The position numbers and the translations under genes were made by a program. The notes under the pieces were generated by a model, which was given only the letters and a program-made list of their open reading frames with translations, did no database searches and was not told the DNA's origin. Source: Azolla caroliniana (lineage: Eukaryota; Plantae; Polypodiophyta). Taken from it: DNA of 64,000 bases. The stretch spans positions 8,246,001 to 8,310,000 of the forward strand of contig JBHGNT010000003.1 of assembly GCA_043228905.1 (NCBI GenBank), written 5' to 3'. Of this stretch, positions 12,897 to 25,700 are shown in pieces; the first letter of the stretch is position 1, and each line of letters opens with the position of its first letter.

Positions 12897-14136
12897 ACAG
12901 GTGGTGCGGTGGAATGGTTCTGGGTCGTGAGTGAAGCCAAGGTGTCCCGAAAACGCGGCATGAGTGGTAAGAGTTTATGCAAAGGCAAGCATATCCTGGA
13001 ACTGGTAAGGGCGTCCCACACCTGGTCATCTTCTACCGTCGTGGATGGTGCCGAGGACTGTGTTGCTCCGATGGTTGTGTCTCCCATTTTCATGTGCATC
13101 CGCACCACATTGTTTTTGTTAGCCATATCCATCCATTCTTTGGCTGCTTGCCGGACTTCATCCTGAACTTGCCATGGGGTAGCCTAGACTTTGTTGTGTG
13201 TTGTGACATTTTGTACGTCGGCCATAATACTATTCACGGCAGGATTAGCGCTCGTCCTGACGAGAGTATGTATCCCGAGGCTCAATCTGGCGAACCGGAG
13301 CTGTCGTTGTGCGGTTGAGCATATTGTATTCGCAGTGTTCGACAGTGTGGGATTGGGACTGGTAGATCGGACACTATGGTCGGTGAGGACATTCAAGGGC
13401 CAGATGGCCCGATCCCAAACAAACTGTGCATTGGAGGGCGTGGCAAAAGCGATTTTCCTCGTGGGGAAGGGCGCTTTGCAGTGAACTCATAGAGAAAGTC
13501 GTGCTTTGCTAAGTCCGATCGAGGGTGAGGACGCACGCTATGACTTGCTCAATCGTTTGGTTGTCAAAATTAGTAAGTGCAAGAGTCGTCCGTAGAGGCT
13601 CCCGTAGGCTGGACAAGAATGCGTCCGGAATGTGCTGTGCAGAGACATCGTCGGCCACTTGTCTGTAGAGATCCCGGAACCGGATCGTGAACTGTGCGAC
13701 AGTCTCGTGTGGTTCTTGTCGCATGGGAAAGAACTGTCGGAGCAATTCTCGTTTGGGCACCTCGCAATGGAACAGTTCTAGGAACTGTGTGCGAACGTCA
13801 TGGAAGGTGACAAACTCCCCTATGTCGAGGCCAGAATACCATCGCGTAGCTAGTCCATCAAGGGATAGCGTAAACTCGGCAATTTTTTAGGCCTCGATTT
13901 CGGCGGTCGAGAGTCACTGGGTTGAGTGGTTGGCCTACCAGGTGGACACGAACGTGCGACTCCGCATCTGGGCTGTCGGTGTATCGTGGGTAAGGATACG
14001 GCATGGTATCGAATTCAGAGTCTTCCGGTAAAGCCGGAAAAGGGTTAGGGTTAGGGTGGTTGACCTCTGGAGGGCTTGGTGGAGAGGTTGGTGTGGACTC
14101 GACTCGCGACCGAGTAGCAGGTGGCGAGGATTGCAA
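12897..14136 (-). pseudogene. Degenerate Ty3/Gypsy-type gag (retrotransposon Gag domain), host of Copia-3
   Basis: Gag-like MRQEPHETVAQFTIRFRDL...FLSSLREPLR; pre-protease ICLPLHKLLPLMPRFRD; several frameshifts. Confidence 0.7.
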
Positions 14137-14314
14137 CCGGTGAGCCTCCGATGTTTCTGGGAAGGACTAGTCCGTGACCGCCGAGTCGGAAGTGCCTTCG
14201 ATTGGCTCAGGGTGTCGGCCAGATGGCCGAGACCGCTTGGTGCGATTGGGCGCTGTAATGGTGGCTGAAGGTTGTCTTCAACGTAGTTCGCTGTGATCTC
14301 ACAGCGTGCTAAAT

Positions 14315-14769
14315 TGTGTTAACCGTTCTGCCGGAAACACCTTCGATATGCCTACAAGCTATCGGTATCAAGGGAAGTGTAATCATGAAGAGTTGTGCAC
14401 GGGGGTGTCGTTAAGGGAAGAACACGAAGAGCATACCCGGAATAGAGCCCGGGTTGTATACGTAGTCGAGACCTTAGAAACGACGACACACAGATGAAAA
14501 CAACAAGAGCTAATAGATATGTATTACTGTAATAGTTAGCGATGCTTACAAAAAACACGGCCCACAGTCGTTAGCCTTAAAAGCTCCTATATCTATGAAA
14601 CGACTTTACCTAGGCTCTGGATATCTCTCCCTGCCGAGGTACGCAGACCTCAGTTTATATACTTCTTTTCCTTCATACAGCGCCGAGCGGTCGGCTGACT
14701 GTGAGGCTCGAAACTCGGCGTTTTACCTAACTCTCCCTTACCTACTCACCTTACTTCCGGCGTGTTACA
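14315..14769 (-). repeat. Possible 5' LTR of the Gypsy gag remnant
   Basis: Bounded by TG...TGTTACA upstream of the gag, next to a degenerate PBS-like TAGCACGCTG. No second copy in the window to confirm. Confidence 0.3.
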
Positions 14770-14957
14770 TTTAACTAATTTCTATTTTTGGCCTATGGAC
14801 AACAATGCACTATTAGCAAGATTCAAGAAACAAGAAGCACAAAACACAATGGCAAAGTTAGACCTCAAATGACAAGCGCTGATTATTCCCTCCAAAACTC
14901 TCTTACTTTACAATGACATAGTTAGGCTTATGTAGTCAAGCCCTAATTTGGTAATGT

Positions 14958-15761
14958 TGTTGTGGAGGATTCCGACAAAGGGGACAAAAGCTTGCAGACC
15001 ATGTGTGAACGGGGGTGTGCACAGATGCACACAAAAGGAGTCTTTGTATAAAACAAATGTAAATAAGTAGAGTATAATAAGTACGAGACAATGTTATTTG
15101 AATAGGTATTTTATGATCCTTTGAAAGGGGGGAAATAAAAGTGCGCGAAAACAAAAAATCAGGGAGGGAATCAAGGAAAGAAAATAGTGGGGGGGATCCA
15201 TCATTTTGGAGGGGAGCACATTGTCAATTTGTGATCCGGAACTCTGTCGGTCTGTTGTTTTGTTTTGTATTGGTTCAAATAGCTAGAGTGAGGCCTCTGC
15301 TCGCATGGGAGGCCCGTATGTTCCCGACCAGAGGCTCATCAGTTCTATGCGTGCGTCTATTGAGCTTGCAGCTCTATCACTGGCCGAGTCCAGTTGTATT
15401 TTTTTTGTCTTTGTTTATTAGTGGAATATTTGGTATCTCTCTCTATGTTTCCTGTTTTTGGGTCTTTTGCATCGAATCAACGTTAGAGTCTCTGTCTCCT
15501 ACGCCCTAGTAGGTGTCGCTTCTCCCCTCCTACGTTTTGCATTTATTTACTGCGATTTGGAGCTCGTTTGCTCGTTTTCCCGGAATTCGTCGTCTAAACC
15601 GGATCGGATACTAGTCCTGTGAGCCCGTGCACTCGGTGAGGAACTCTATTAGACGAACCAAATAACCACCGAAGCATAGTAGTCTCTCTTCCTCCAACTC
15701 CCTAGTCCAAGACCCCCGTGGTCCCCCCAAATCCGAGACGTACACACGGATATCCGCGACA
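14958..15761 (+). mobile_element. Solo LTR of the tRNA-Trp-primed Gypsy group
   Basis: Starts TGTTGTGGAG (cf. TGTCGTGAAG) and ends CCGCGACA. Shares CTCCCTAGTCCAAGACCCCCGTGGTCC with the N2 LTR (58157-58183). Flanks ATGT/ACGT fit a 4-bp TSD with one C>T. Confidence 0.75.
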
Positions 15762-16289
15762 ACGTATTCACACTAGAGATACAAATGGGTGGAGTTGGCC
15801 TTTTGCCAACAAACTCCCCCGTAAAAGGACTACTCTCTACATGGACATACAATCTATCGGGGTTATCTCCTCCGTAAACCCAGATTACAATTTGAATTTA
15901 AATTACAGTCGTGTGATTACAAGTCGGTCGGCTTATGGCTGAATCGATAGAGGCTAAGTCGTATTCACTCTAGAGAAACAAATGGGTGGAGTCAACCTTT
16001 TATGCCAACATTCATCTTTATGCCTACATTACAAAACAAGGACATTTATGCAATTGCACAAAACATATTAGAACATTCATAAGTTATCACAAACATCTAC
16101 ACTTACTTCCAATAGGTTTCCATTTGAGGGAGGTATGGCCCCATAAGGTCATCAAACCTCTTTCTCATCAAGATTACATTGAATGCCCAAACAACCAACA
16201 CACAATCGTGTAGAAGAGGGAGTTGTGCCCGTCGATTCCACACCTTGTTGATTTGATAGGCCTTTCATACATCCTAACCAACAAAAACA

Positions 16290-16588
16290 ATGTGAGTGTA
16301 TGAATGAATGATACTCTCAATTATCTGAATGTATGTGTATGACTAAATGTATATGTATGCATGAATCAATGTATGTATGAATGCATGTGTACCTATGTAT
16401 GAATCTATGTATGTATGTATGAATGAATGTGTGTAGGGTGAGTGTGAATGAATGAATGTGTGTTCAATGTATGTGTGAAGGAATGAATGTGTGTAGTGTA
16501 TGTCTAAATGAATGGATGGATGGATGTCTAATGTATGTGTGAATCAATCAATGGTTTTATCAACATGTATATGTGTACGAATGAATGA

Positions 16589-16643
<55 letters not shown>

Positions 16644-16760
16644 TAGAAAAATGGGTATGTATGTATAAATCAATGTCAATGTTTATGCATATTCACATCT
16701 AAATATGTATATACATAAGTATCAACATTAAGTATGTATGTGTATGTGTATGTGTATAGC
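16290..16760. repeat. Compound microsatellite (ATGT/ATGA)n with pure (GT)n
   Basis: Degenerate TATG/AATG tetramers; pure (GT)n at ~16592-16642. Confidence 0.9.
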
Positions 16761-18327
16761 TTTGAGACAAATATGGTGCAATGCTAGTTAGTTTGTTGTC
16801 ATCGTTGTGGCTTCCCACTCATAATATAATGCTTTACATAAACAGAAAGTAGGCAAGATCGTTAAAAAAAATTCTTGTACATAAAGTGAATTTGTAGAAA
16901 CCTAGGGTTTATGCATCATATGGTTTGATGTAAATAGTTTTAAGAGCAATGCATAGTTCCATTCATTATCACTCGAGAGAGTGTTAGCCAACAAGTTCTA
17001 CTTCTTGAACATATTCAATAACACGTTTTCCGTTAAGCAACCTTTACATTAATGCTATATTTTTTTTCTTGGGACAATAAAATGCGCTAGTAATCAGTTC
17101 ATTGTAATGCTTATGTCTTCCTACCAAAACAAGACCAATATGATTGAACAATAATAGTCATTTGTCGTTTTCTACTTAAAACTTTGTATTTTTGAGGTAA
17201 AGTTCTCATTCATGAAATAGTAAAATATTGGATTACCCTTTCGTTGTAACTACTTCAAAGTACAAGTACTTAGTAGTACTAGAAGAACAGAATTGAGACA
17301 TAAAGCTAGTTAATGTTTTTATTTATTCATATATCATCAAAAAGTTAAATGCTTAGGATTTGATGGAGGGAACCAATAATGTTAATAGTAACTTTGAGGG
17401 CCAACGCCACTTGGGAGAAAAAGATAGATATACTTTTAGTGTAGTTTCGAAGGTCAAATATGACCTATGAGGCAAAAAAATTAACATTTCATGCAATACA
17501 TTTGAAAGTGGGCCTTGAATCTTGATGTTCAAAAACTCTTGTAAAAAATGTTGCAATTGAGATTGTACCCTATTGTGAGAAATTTGTGTGCAATGATTGG
17601 GTTTTGATTGTACCATGTTCCGTTTTTGGATTATGGTTCATTTTCTTAAGTTTATTTTTGTTATGTTATCTAAGGTAAGAAGAATGTGAAAATCAAGGGC
17701 ACATTTTAAACTTAAATGTGAAAGAAGGCTTTTGATATTGAAAACCATCGTACCTACAACCCTACCCATTGATAAACAATGTGATGTATTACAAAAAACA
17801 AAAGTAGGCCACCCCATTAATGATTCTTGTTTGTACATAATGGCAATTTGTAGACACATGGAGCTCTTTGTAAAAGACAAACAAATGGAAAGGGCTATTT
17901 ATGCATCATATGGTTTGATGAGAATTGGAATTGTTTAAGGGAAATACATGTATTTCATTCATTGTAATTCTAGGGAGTGACACGTGGTTTAAGCTAAGCA
18001 AGAAAGTGCACAAATCAAGCAATGAGAAGAAAGGATAACTCGTTTATGGCTAGATGCCACATGGTTCCATGACCATCTTCTCGCACATGGTATGAATATT
18101 TTTAATGCATACAAGTTATATAATTTTAGAAATAGGCTATGTCTAGTCATGACTCATACCCCTCCAAATCCTTTACGTGCATTTCCTCTTCCATAACCAC
18201 ATTTTTCCAAAATTTAAGAGAACAAATGTGTAGAAGGTCACAAAACGATATTGTTTTGATGTGACTTGAAGTTTTCTTGGAAGTACTATGACATTGTTTT
18301 AATCCAACTTGAAGTTTGCTTGGAACA

Positions 18328-18452
18328 GTTCATAGCGGCGTTGCTTTTTTATCCTTCGATGTCGACTCTTCCTATCATCGCGAAGCAGAATTCACCAATT
18401 GTTGGATTGTTCACCCACAGATAGGGAATGTGAGTTGGGTTTACACCGTTGT
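18328..18452 (+). pseudogene. Diverged ~125-bp fragment of nuclear 25S/28S rRNA (domain V)
   Basis: GTTCATAGCGGCGTTGCTTTTTTATCCTTCGATGTCGACTCTTCCTATCATCGCGAAGCAGAATTCACCAATTGTTGGATTGTTCACCCAC...AGGGAATGTGAGTTGGGTTTACACCG matches the conserved eukaryotic LSU segment, with scattered substitutions. Confidence 0.9.
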
Positions 18453-19033
18453 CCAAGTAGATATTTCAATGTATCTAATTAAATATTAGAAAGATATTTC
18501 AATAGGCCAACATGAAACGTTGATACTTTTTCCCAACGGAAGATTTTATACATATGAACTAACTAACTAGCAATGCAACAAAACCTAGAAATCAAATAAA
18601 ATGATCATACTTGGCACAACTTGCTCATCTGTTGAAATGAGAGGTACACCAACATTACACATTTCCCTTGTTTGGAGTTAACCATCGACATGCAAGTCAA
18701 AGAGAACATATTTTCCTTGTCCTTAGAGTGTGCAAATCTGGAGAAGTGATGAAGTGCAAAAGCTAAGTGGATCCAAGCTAAGCAAGGAGGACACTTCAAT
18801 CTTTGAGTTGATGGAATCCACATAAGAAAACACGTTGGATTTTACATAAATCATATCAATCTACCATCGTTATTTATATATGTATATAAAACCCATTACC
18901 AACAAAATTACTCTCCTCAACAAGATCAAGTTAGTTAGTAAACCATTGTTGAGCTCATTAGTAGTAATAATAAATAACTAATCTATTCACATCTATATAT
19001 CATTAGATGTCATGTGTGTTTGGATCCCTCTTC

Positions 19034-19631
19034 CAGCAATGGGCCCGATTTCGGTTCAAACCGAACTGAACCAAAAAACTGTGGCTTAACGGTTTATAGG
19101 TTCAAAGATAAATAAATGGTTTGGTTTGGTTTCAAATGTTACTAATCAGTTTTGGTTCGGTTTTGAATTGACCGGTTTATCTGCTTATCAGTTTCTGTTT
19201 ATGTGGTTCGGTTTAAAGGTTTATAGGTTAAAAAATACTCATAAATATTTTCTATAGGCTCTAACTTTCAACTTTTAATTTTAAACTCTTGTTTTAACTT
19301 ATTAAATTTTATATGTATTATATGTAGAGCCTCCTTTTCATTTATGATGATCAATTTTAATAAGTATGATAATCAAATTTATGATAAGTATGATGACAAA
19401 TTTTATGATGATTTTCTCACACAAATTTATAATAAGTATGATGATTAATATCAATTAAAAATGGTTTGGTTTTAAATTTTTCGTAAACGGTTTGGTTTCT
19501 CCTATTCTTAAAACGGTTTGGTTTAAATGGCTTCATAAATTTTAAAACAGTTTGGTTCGGTTTTTATTATTAATAAATGGTTTGGTTTGGTTTCAAGGCC
19601 AAAAAACCGAACCGAACCGGGCCCATCGCTA
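19034..19631. mobile_element. Non-autonomous hAT-type DNA transposon (MITE), copy 1
   Basis: TIRs CAGCAATGGGCCCG / CGGGCCCATCGCTA. Perfect 8-bp TSD CCCTCTTC (19026-19033, 19632-19639). Subterminal AACCG/CGGTT motifs. Confidence 0.92.
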
Positions 19632-21087
19632 CCCTCTTCCCCAAAACAACACATATAGACAGACACAAGTAATGTATGACACTTTTTAGGTGAATGCTTA
19701 AGCTTTTTCTCCATTGTCCAAGGTTGCCCTCTGTAAAGCGTAAATTACCTTTGTTACACTTGCACTTTCTTACAAGCTCTTAACCCTATTGACCATTTTC
19801 CTACATGCACTCTCTTGTACCATTTTCACCTAAGTTGCCTTTTCATGGACACCTTTTATAATTCATAAATATGCAAGGATTTAAGACAGTTCATGCCATA
19901 TGCCACAGGTAAAACCAACCACATGACCTGTTCCATTTTGGTTCTTCATGTCATATTTAACCTTAGCAGATGAAAATAAAATCTCTCTTGTTTTCTCTCT
20001 CTAACGTGGTATGAATTCTTTGGAAGGGAGGAGATAATAAGAATTAAATTTGTGTCTTTTCAATTAGGTCTTGAGGTTAATGGCATTCTCATCAATAGAA
20101 TTGTATTTTTCTTCGTACTTTATTCTACCTAGCTCAACTACACTGGAAGAAATGCTTGTGTTGATATAAAAACATATTTCTCTAAAAATTGAAGACTTTT
20201 GTTCACCAACAAAAGAGTTGAGATTGTAGAGGTCATAACGTTCGATGTCAAAGACAAAGTAAATATGTGTACAGTGTGTGCTCGAGTTTGTTACATGTGC
20301 CATAATATTTTCTTTTGTTATATTTTGTTAAAGTCAAGTTGTTTTCATACACCAATACATAACTCAAACTTCTCTTTCAACATCATCATGTTTTGGTTTC
20401 AATTGGACATACAAGAACCTCATCATTTTTGTATTATTACTTGTCGGGAAAGAGAGCAAAAGAAAACATAATGAAAGTGGTCCATACATTACTAATAATG
20501 CACTTCGACTTTTAAGTAGTTTTAAAATAGATGCATGTAGTAGCATTTGCACCAAAACAAGATATCTAGCTAGTTAGTTTGAGCTAAACACATGTACATT
20601 GAATGTCACTACCCACCAGACTACGGCAATATTATGGTCATTATTGGATTTTTGCTTCTATGTCTTGAGGCAATAGTTCTAGTTATTTATCGTTTATGTC
20701 ATGCAATTGTTATCAATGCAATAATGCTTTTAGTATCTCACTACAAACAAGATTTTTACTTCTTGTGACTTTGTTTCTTGTGCATTTTGCTTCGTATGCT
20801 GCAAACCTTCTAGCTTGACAGAGCTTTCATCATTGTACTTGCATGAATGATTGAAGGCAAGGCATCCATGGGGTGTGGAGTGATACATGAGGAACTTATC
20901 AACAGCTTGGGATTGATTTGTAATTGCCTACCCTCAAGGCACAATGGGCCAAAGGGGCCAATCTAGCGAGAGAAGGTGGTCACACTTATATGAGACACAT
21001 GCCTTGGTCCACACCCACATTGCTCCCGTCTCTATGGCAATATATTGTTGATCGCAAGGCAACATGTCGCATGCACAACGAGAGACG

Positions 21088-21500
21088 TGTTTGTCTCTCG
21101 GGGGCTCTCAGACGTGTTTTGGGGTCAATGTAGGAAACATTGGAATATGTATGTGTCTCTTCTTGGGGGATGGGGGGGCTCTCGGATGTGTTCTTGGGTC
21201 AATTGTGGGAAACACTCCAAAGATGTGTGTGTCTTCTAGGCTCTCGGAAGCATTCTTAGGTCAATGTGCAAAATATCTGTCTCTTCTAGGCTCTCAGAAG
21301 CATTCTCAAGCCAGTCTGGGAAACATTGCAAAATATCTAGGCTCTCGTGTCAAAAGTGTGGGAAGCACCAGAGTATGTGTCTCTTCCAAGGGCGGCTCTC
21401 GAACACGTTCCCGGGTCAAGTGTGGGAAAAACACTCTAAAATGTGTCTCTTCTAGGGTGGCTCTCGGACATCTTCTCTCGGGTCAAAGTGTGGGAACACA
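21088..21500. repeat. Degenerate ~55-60-bp tandem repeat (about 7 units)
   Basis: Recurring TGTGTCTCTTCTAGG..GCTCTCGGA...GGGTCAA.GTGTGGGAAACAC. Confidence 0.8.
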
Positions 21501-21979
21501 TATGAAACCATGAGAGGTTATTGGATAAAGCCCAAACAAAGGAACCCCATCACATCGAAAAATATGTAATCATCTAATTAAAAGCAAACTCTTGGGAAGT
21601 CAATCATTTGAAAGAGTTCCAATCCCTCACGGAATTCAGGGTTGGCTTTTTTTCATTTATTTCTGGCTTTTTTTCATTTATTTCTGGCTTTATTTCTGTG
21701 TTTGTTTGAATTGAGTTAATTAATGGCAATCGATAATTCATGTCCAGGTGTCGTTGACAGGGATATTATAAGTTTATGGATGCAATAATGTAATGTAATG
21801 TATGTGGACCGATTGAATCATTCATCCTTTTCTGTTTTATATATGAACAGTGTACCATCCGAGGGATCCAATTCATTTTAGCTCTGCAGTTATAATTTTA
21901 ATTTTAATCGCAGATCAGCCCAATTTTTGAATTAATCCGCACATTAGAACCAAAAGAAAATTTTCCGGAATTGTGGGCA

Positions 21980-22400
21980 GTTATGAATCACACACCATGA
22001 ATCAGCATAGCAAAAAACAACCCTAATATGACCGCAATTGTGGCAAACATGAATCACAACCATGAATTGGCATGACAAAACAACCTTAATCTGACTGCAT
22101 TATGGGAAGATGAATCATAACTTAAAAATCTGCTGATTTCCATACAAAAAAAACAAGACCAAATTAGGTGTATAAGATAAGGATTATCTCATAATTTCTG
22201 GAATTATATGGCTGTATGAATCACACCATGGATCACATGACAAAACGACCCTAATCCAACCGCATTGTGGCAAACATGAATCACACACCACATCTGCTGA
22301 TTTCCGCGTAAGATAAAGACCAAAATCAAATTAGTTAATAGGACAAGGAAAAGAGAGATTGGCATGAATCACAGCAAATCTACTGATTGCTGCAAATAAA
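21980..22400 (+). promoter_or_regulatory. Repeat-built upstream region of the LOX gene with multiple ATGAATCA motifs
   Basis: ATGAATCA occurs about 7 times inside duplicated ~65-bp units 400-800 bp upstream of the ATG. The regulatory role is inferred. Confidence 0.5.
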
Positions 22401-22711
22401 AACAAGACCAAAATTAGTTATTGCATAAGGAAAGAGATATTCGGAAGCTCCTTAACTCTAAACCCTAAACAGCCTGCTGCATAAATGGATCTCTGCTCTT
22501 TCTTTTTGAATCAGATTTTGAGAAGAGTGCCATTGTACAGCAGGGTTGTTCTGTCTTTTTATGTTTATTTTATTTGTTCTTTTTTGACCTGGAGCTTCTT
22601 TTTACCTTGACAATGGGAGGGGCATGGCTTATCTTCATTGTTATCTCCTTCTTTTCTCCTCATTAAGCCTGCTCCTGCTTCCTTTCCCTTTCCACTCTGA
22701 TTTTTTTCCTT

Positions 22712-22756
<45 letters not shown>

Positions 22757-22776
22757 CCATTGCTTCTCATTCCACC

Positions 22777-25700
22777 ATGGCCAAGGATCAGAAGAGCAGC
22801 CCATCTGTTGTTAGGGCTACTGTGAGGATCCTGAGTGAGGATTTCATGCAGAGAAGCTACCATGCCATCAGCAGGCTGCTTGGGTACAGCATCAAGCTAC
22901 GGCTTCTTAGCTTAGAAGTGGATTCAGGTAATAATAATAATAAAAACCTGGTTGAGTTTGTACTGCTAAGCTTATTAATATGCTCAGATTCTCCATCTTC
23001 CATCTTCCATCTCCATCTTCTGGTTGAGTTAGTACTGCTAAGCTTATTAATATGCTTAGATTCTCCATCTTCCATCTTCTGGTTGAGTTAGTACTGCTAA
23101 GCTTATTAATATGCTCAGATACTCCATCTTCCATCTCCATCTCCATCTCCATCTGCATCTGCATCTGCATCTGCATCTGCATCTGCATCTTCATCTTCAT
23201 CTTTCATCTGCATCTTCATCTTCATCTTTCATCTTCATCTTTCATCTTCATCTTCATCTTCCATCTCCGTCTTCATCTGGATCTTCATCTCCATCATCTC
23301 CATCTTCCAACTTTCACCTTTCATCTTCCATATCCATCTTCATCTGGATCATCATCTTCATCATATCCATCTTCATCTTCATCTTCCAACTTTCACCTTC
23401 AATCTTTCGCCTTCCATCTCCATCTTCATCTTCATCTTCATCTTCATCTTCATCTTCCAACTTCCAACTTCATCTTCATCTTCATCTGGGGCAATAGTTT
23501 TGAAACTTGTGTGGGTGTTCAAAAAAACAAAATGCAGAGACAAAGAATGCCAAGCAAGGCAAGGAGGTGTTTCTAAACTTGGGCCACCGGACAAAAGGCG
23601 ATGATGACTCGGACACGTACATTTCGGTCTCGGTTCCGGTGGACGCGGGATTCGGGACACCGGGCGCCATCTCGATCGAGAGCTATGACCCCAATGAGTT
23701 CTTCCTCAAGTCCATCACCCTCACACTCCCCGACCCCGAAAGCACCACCCTCTTCTTCCCGTGCCACTCATGGATAAATCATGTCAAGTTCAACTCTGGA
23801 CGGCCCCGGTTCTTCTTCACCAACCAGGTCCCCCCTCGTTGACTACCTCGACCCTTGTCTCTACACAAATTCGTCTCGTGGTCTTTTGGTTCCATTGGTC
23901 ATATGTGTCGTGACCGTCGATTCCTCGTGTTTTTGGGTTTAGTTGGTTGTATGTGTCACCGTCAATTCATCGTGCTTTTTTTCGGGTTTCATTGGTTGTA
24001 TGTGTCACTGTCGATTCATGTGTTTGTTTTATGTGTCACCAATTCATCGCGTGTTTTTTGGTTGAGTTAATCGTATGCATCACCGATTCATTGTGTTTTT
24101 TGGTTTAGGTAGTTGTATGAGTCACGGATTCATCGATCACTATCTATTCATGTGTTTGTTTTATGTGTTTATGTGTCACCAATTCATCATGTGTTTTGGT
24201 TGAGTTAATCGTATGCATCACCGATTCATTGTGTTTTTTGGTTTAGGTAGTTTTATGAGTCACAGGTTCATCGATCGAATCCATGAACTTTTCAATGTTA
24301 TAGATCGTTCCGAAAAATTGTCAAGGATGCATACTTTTTTTTTTATGTGGCGCAGACCAACTAATTTGAGCATGTCATTATGTTTTGACTAGGTGTGGGT
24401 GTAGCGACTACATGACATGAAAATAACTAATAATCTCTACGCATCCCATGCAGCTTTGCCTCCCACGTGATACCCCATTAGCACTCACGAAGATTCGAAG
24501 AGACGAACTATTGTGCTTAAGAGGAGATGGAAAAGGAGAAAGAAAGTATGCCGAGCGCATTTATGAGTACGACGTATATAACGATCTTGGCGATATCGAT
24601 AATGACACAACCCAAAAGAGGCCCATTTTGGGTGGGTCGGTCGATTATCCATGTCCTAGAAGAGTGAGAACGGGAAGAAGTCTTGCTAAAGCTGGTAATT
24701 GTTTTGGTTTATTGCAAACATAACATGATGGAAATTGGAGTGATAGTAGTAGAGCTAATTAATTGTTATAAAAACAACACATTTCGTTAGGACCACACAT
24801 GTAATATCTTACACCAATAAGGGTGGACGAGCATTTAGACTATAATAAATCCTTGGGCTTTAGTGTGGAGATAGAGCTAGTGTTACAATGGGGTTATATA
24901 ACATGGACAACTATGGTTTGGCAATAGATCACCTAGAATTTACTAGACAACTTTGGACTAGATAATTGGAGGATCGATTGTTGTTGGTCTCCTCGCCCTT
25001 TCTTTTTACATAATCTCCCAACATCAATTAAAAGTTGTACTAAAGTTGTTTTTTTCGTGGGAGGATGGAAAAATTGCGGTGCTTTCCCTTAATTTTTCTT
25101 AAATATAAATGGCAACGTATGTTTAAAATTACCAATGTTTGGGAATTAAGGTTAAAACTATTTTGAATTGGATGCGCTGGCCCTCATAACGTGTGTTGGT
25201 GTAGATCCGGATTACGAGAAACACATGACCGAGTACAACAAAACATATGTTCCTCGCGATGAAAGGTTTAGCCCTTTGAAGAAGAAACTCTTTATGACGG
25301 TGGGAGCAAGAAGCTTTTTTCATAGCATTGTTTCAGATATGGGAAGACTATGGCAAAATGACAAGTCTTTCAAAGATCTAGATGAGATTAACTCATTGTA
25401 TGATGGTAAACTTAAACCCACAAATAAACGTCCTCCAATTACTCTTGCGGAGATCCCATACCTAATCTTCCCAGCACCTGGTGTCGTCCAAGGTAAATGG
25501 TATCGAACCAATTCACATTATTTCCGATGCAAAAACACTAACAGATGGAATGGTGTATCAACATGCTAACTTTTGTTTTCGTTGTTGTAGCTAATACCGA
25601 AGGTTGGAAAACCGATGAAGAATTTGGGCGTCAAAGACTTGCTGGACCAAATCCACATGTCATCAAACGAATCAAGGTAATTTATTTGTTCCTTGTCAAC

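Noticed and set aside
14041-14056. Interstitial telomere (TTAGGG)n
   Set aside because: Fewer than three units, encoding PNPNP in the gag remnant.
18328-18452. Functional rRNA gene
   Set aside because: Only ~125 bp, with substitutions at conserved positions and no surrounding rDNA unit.
20020-20860. Possible decayed gene or transposase
   Set aside because: Short ORFs with no motif I can recognise; needs a translated homology search.
22907-23576. His-Leu, Met-Gln and poly-Ser ORFs as metal-binding proteins
   Set aside because: These are translations of the CATCTY hexamer microsatellite inside LOX intron 1.
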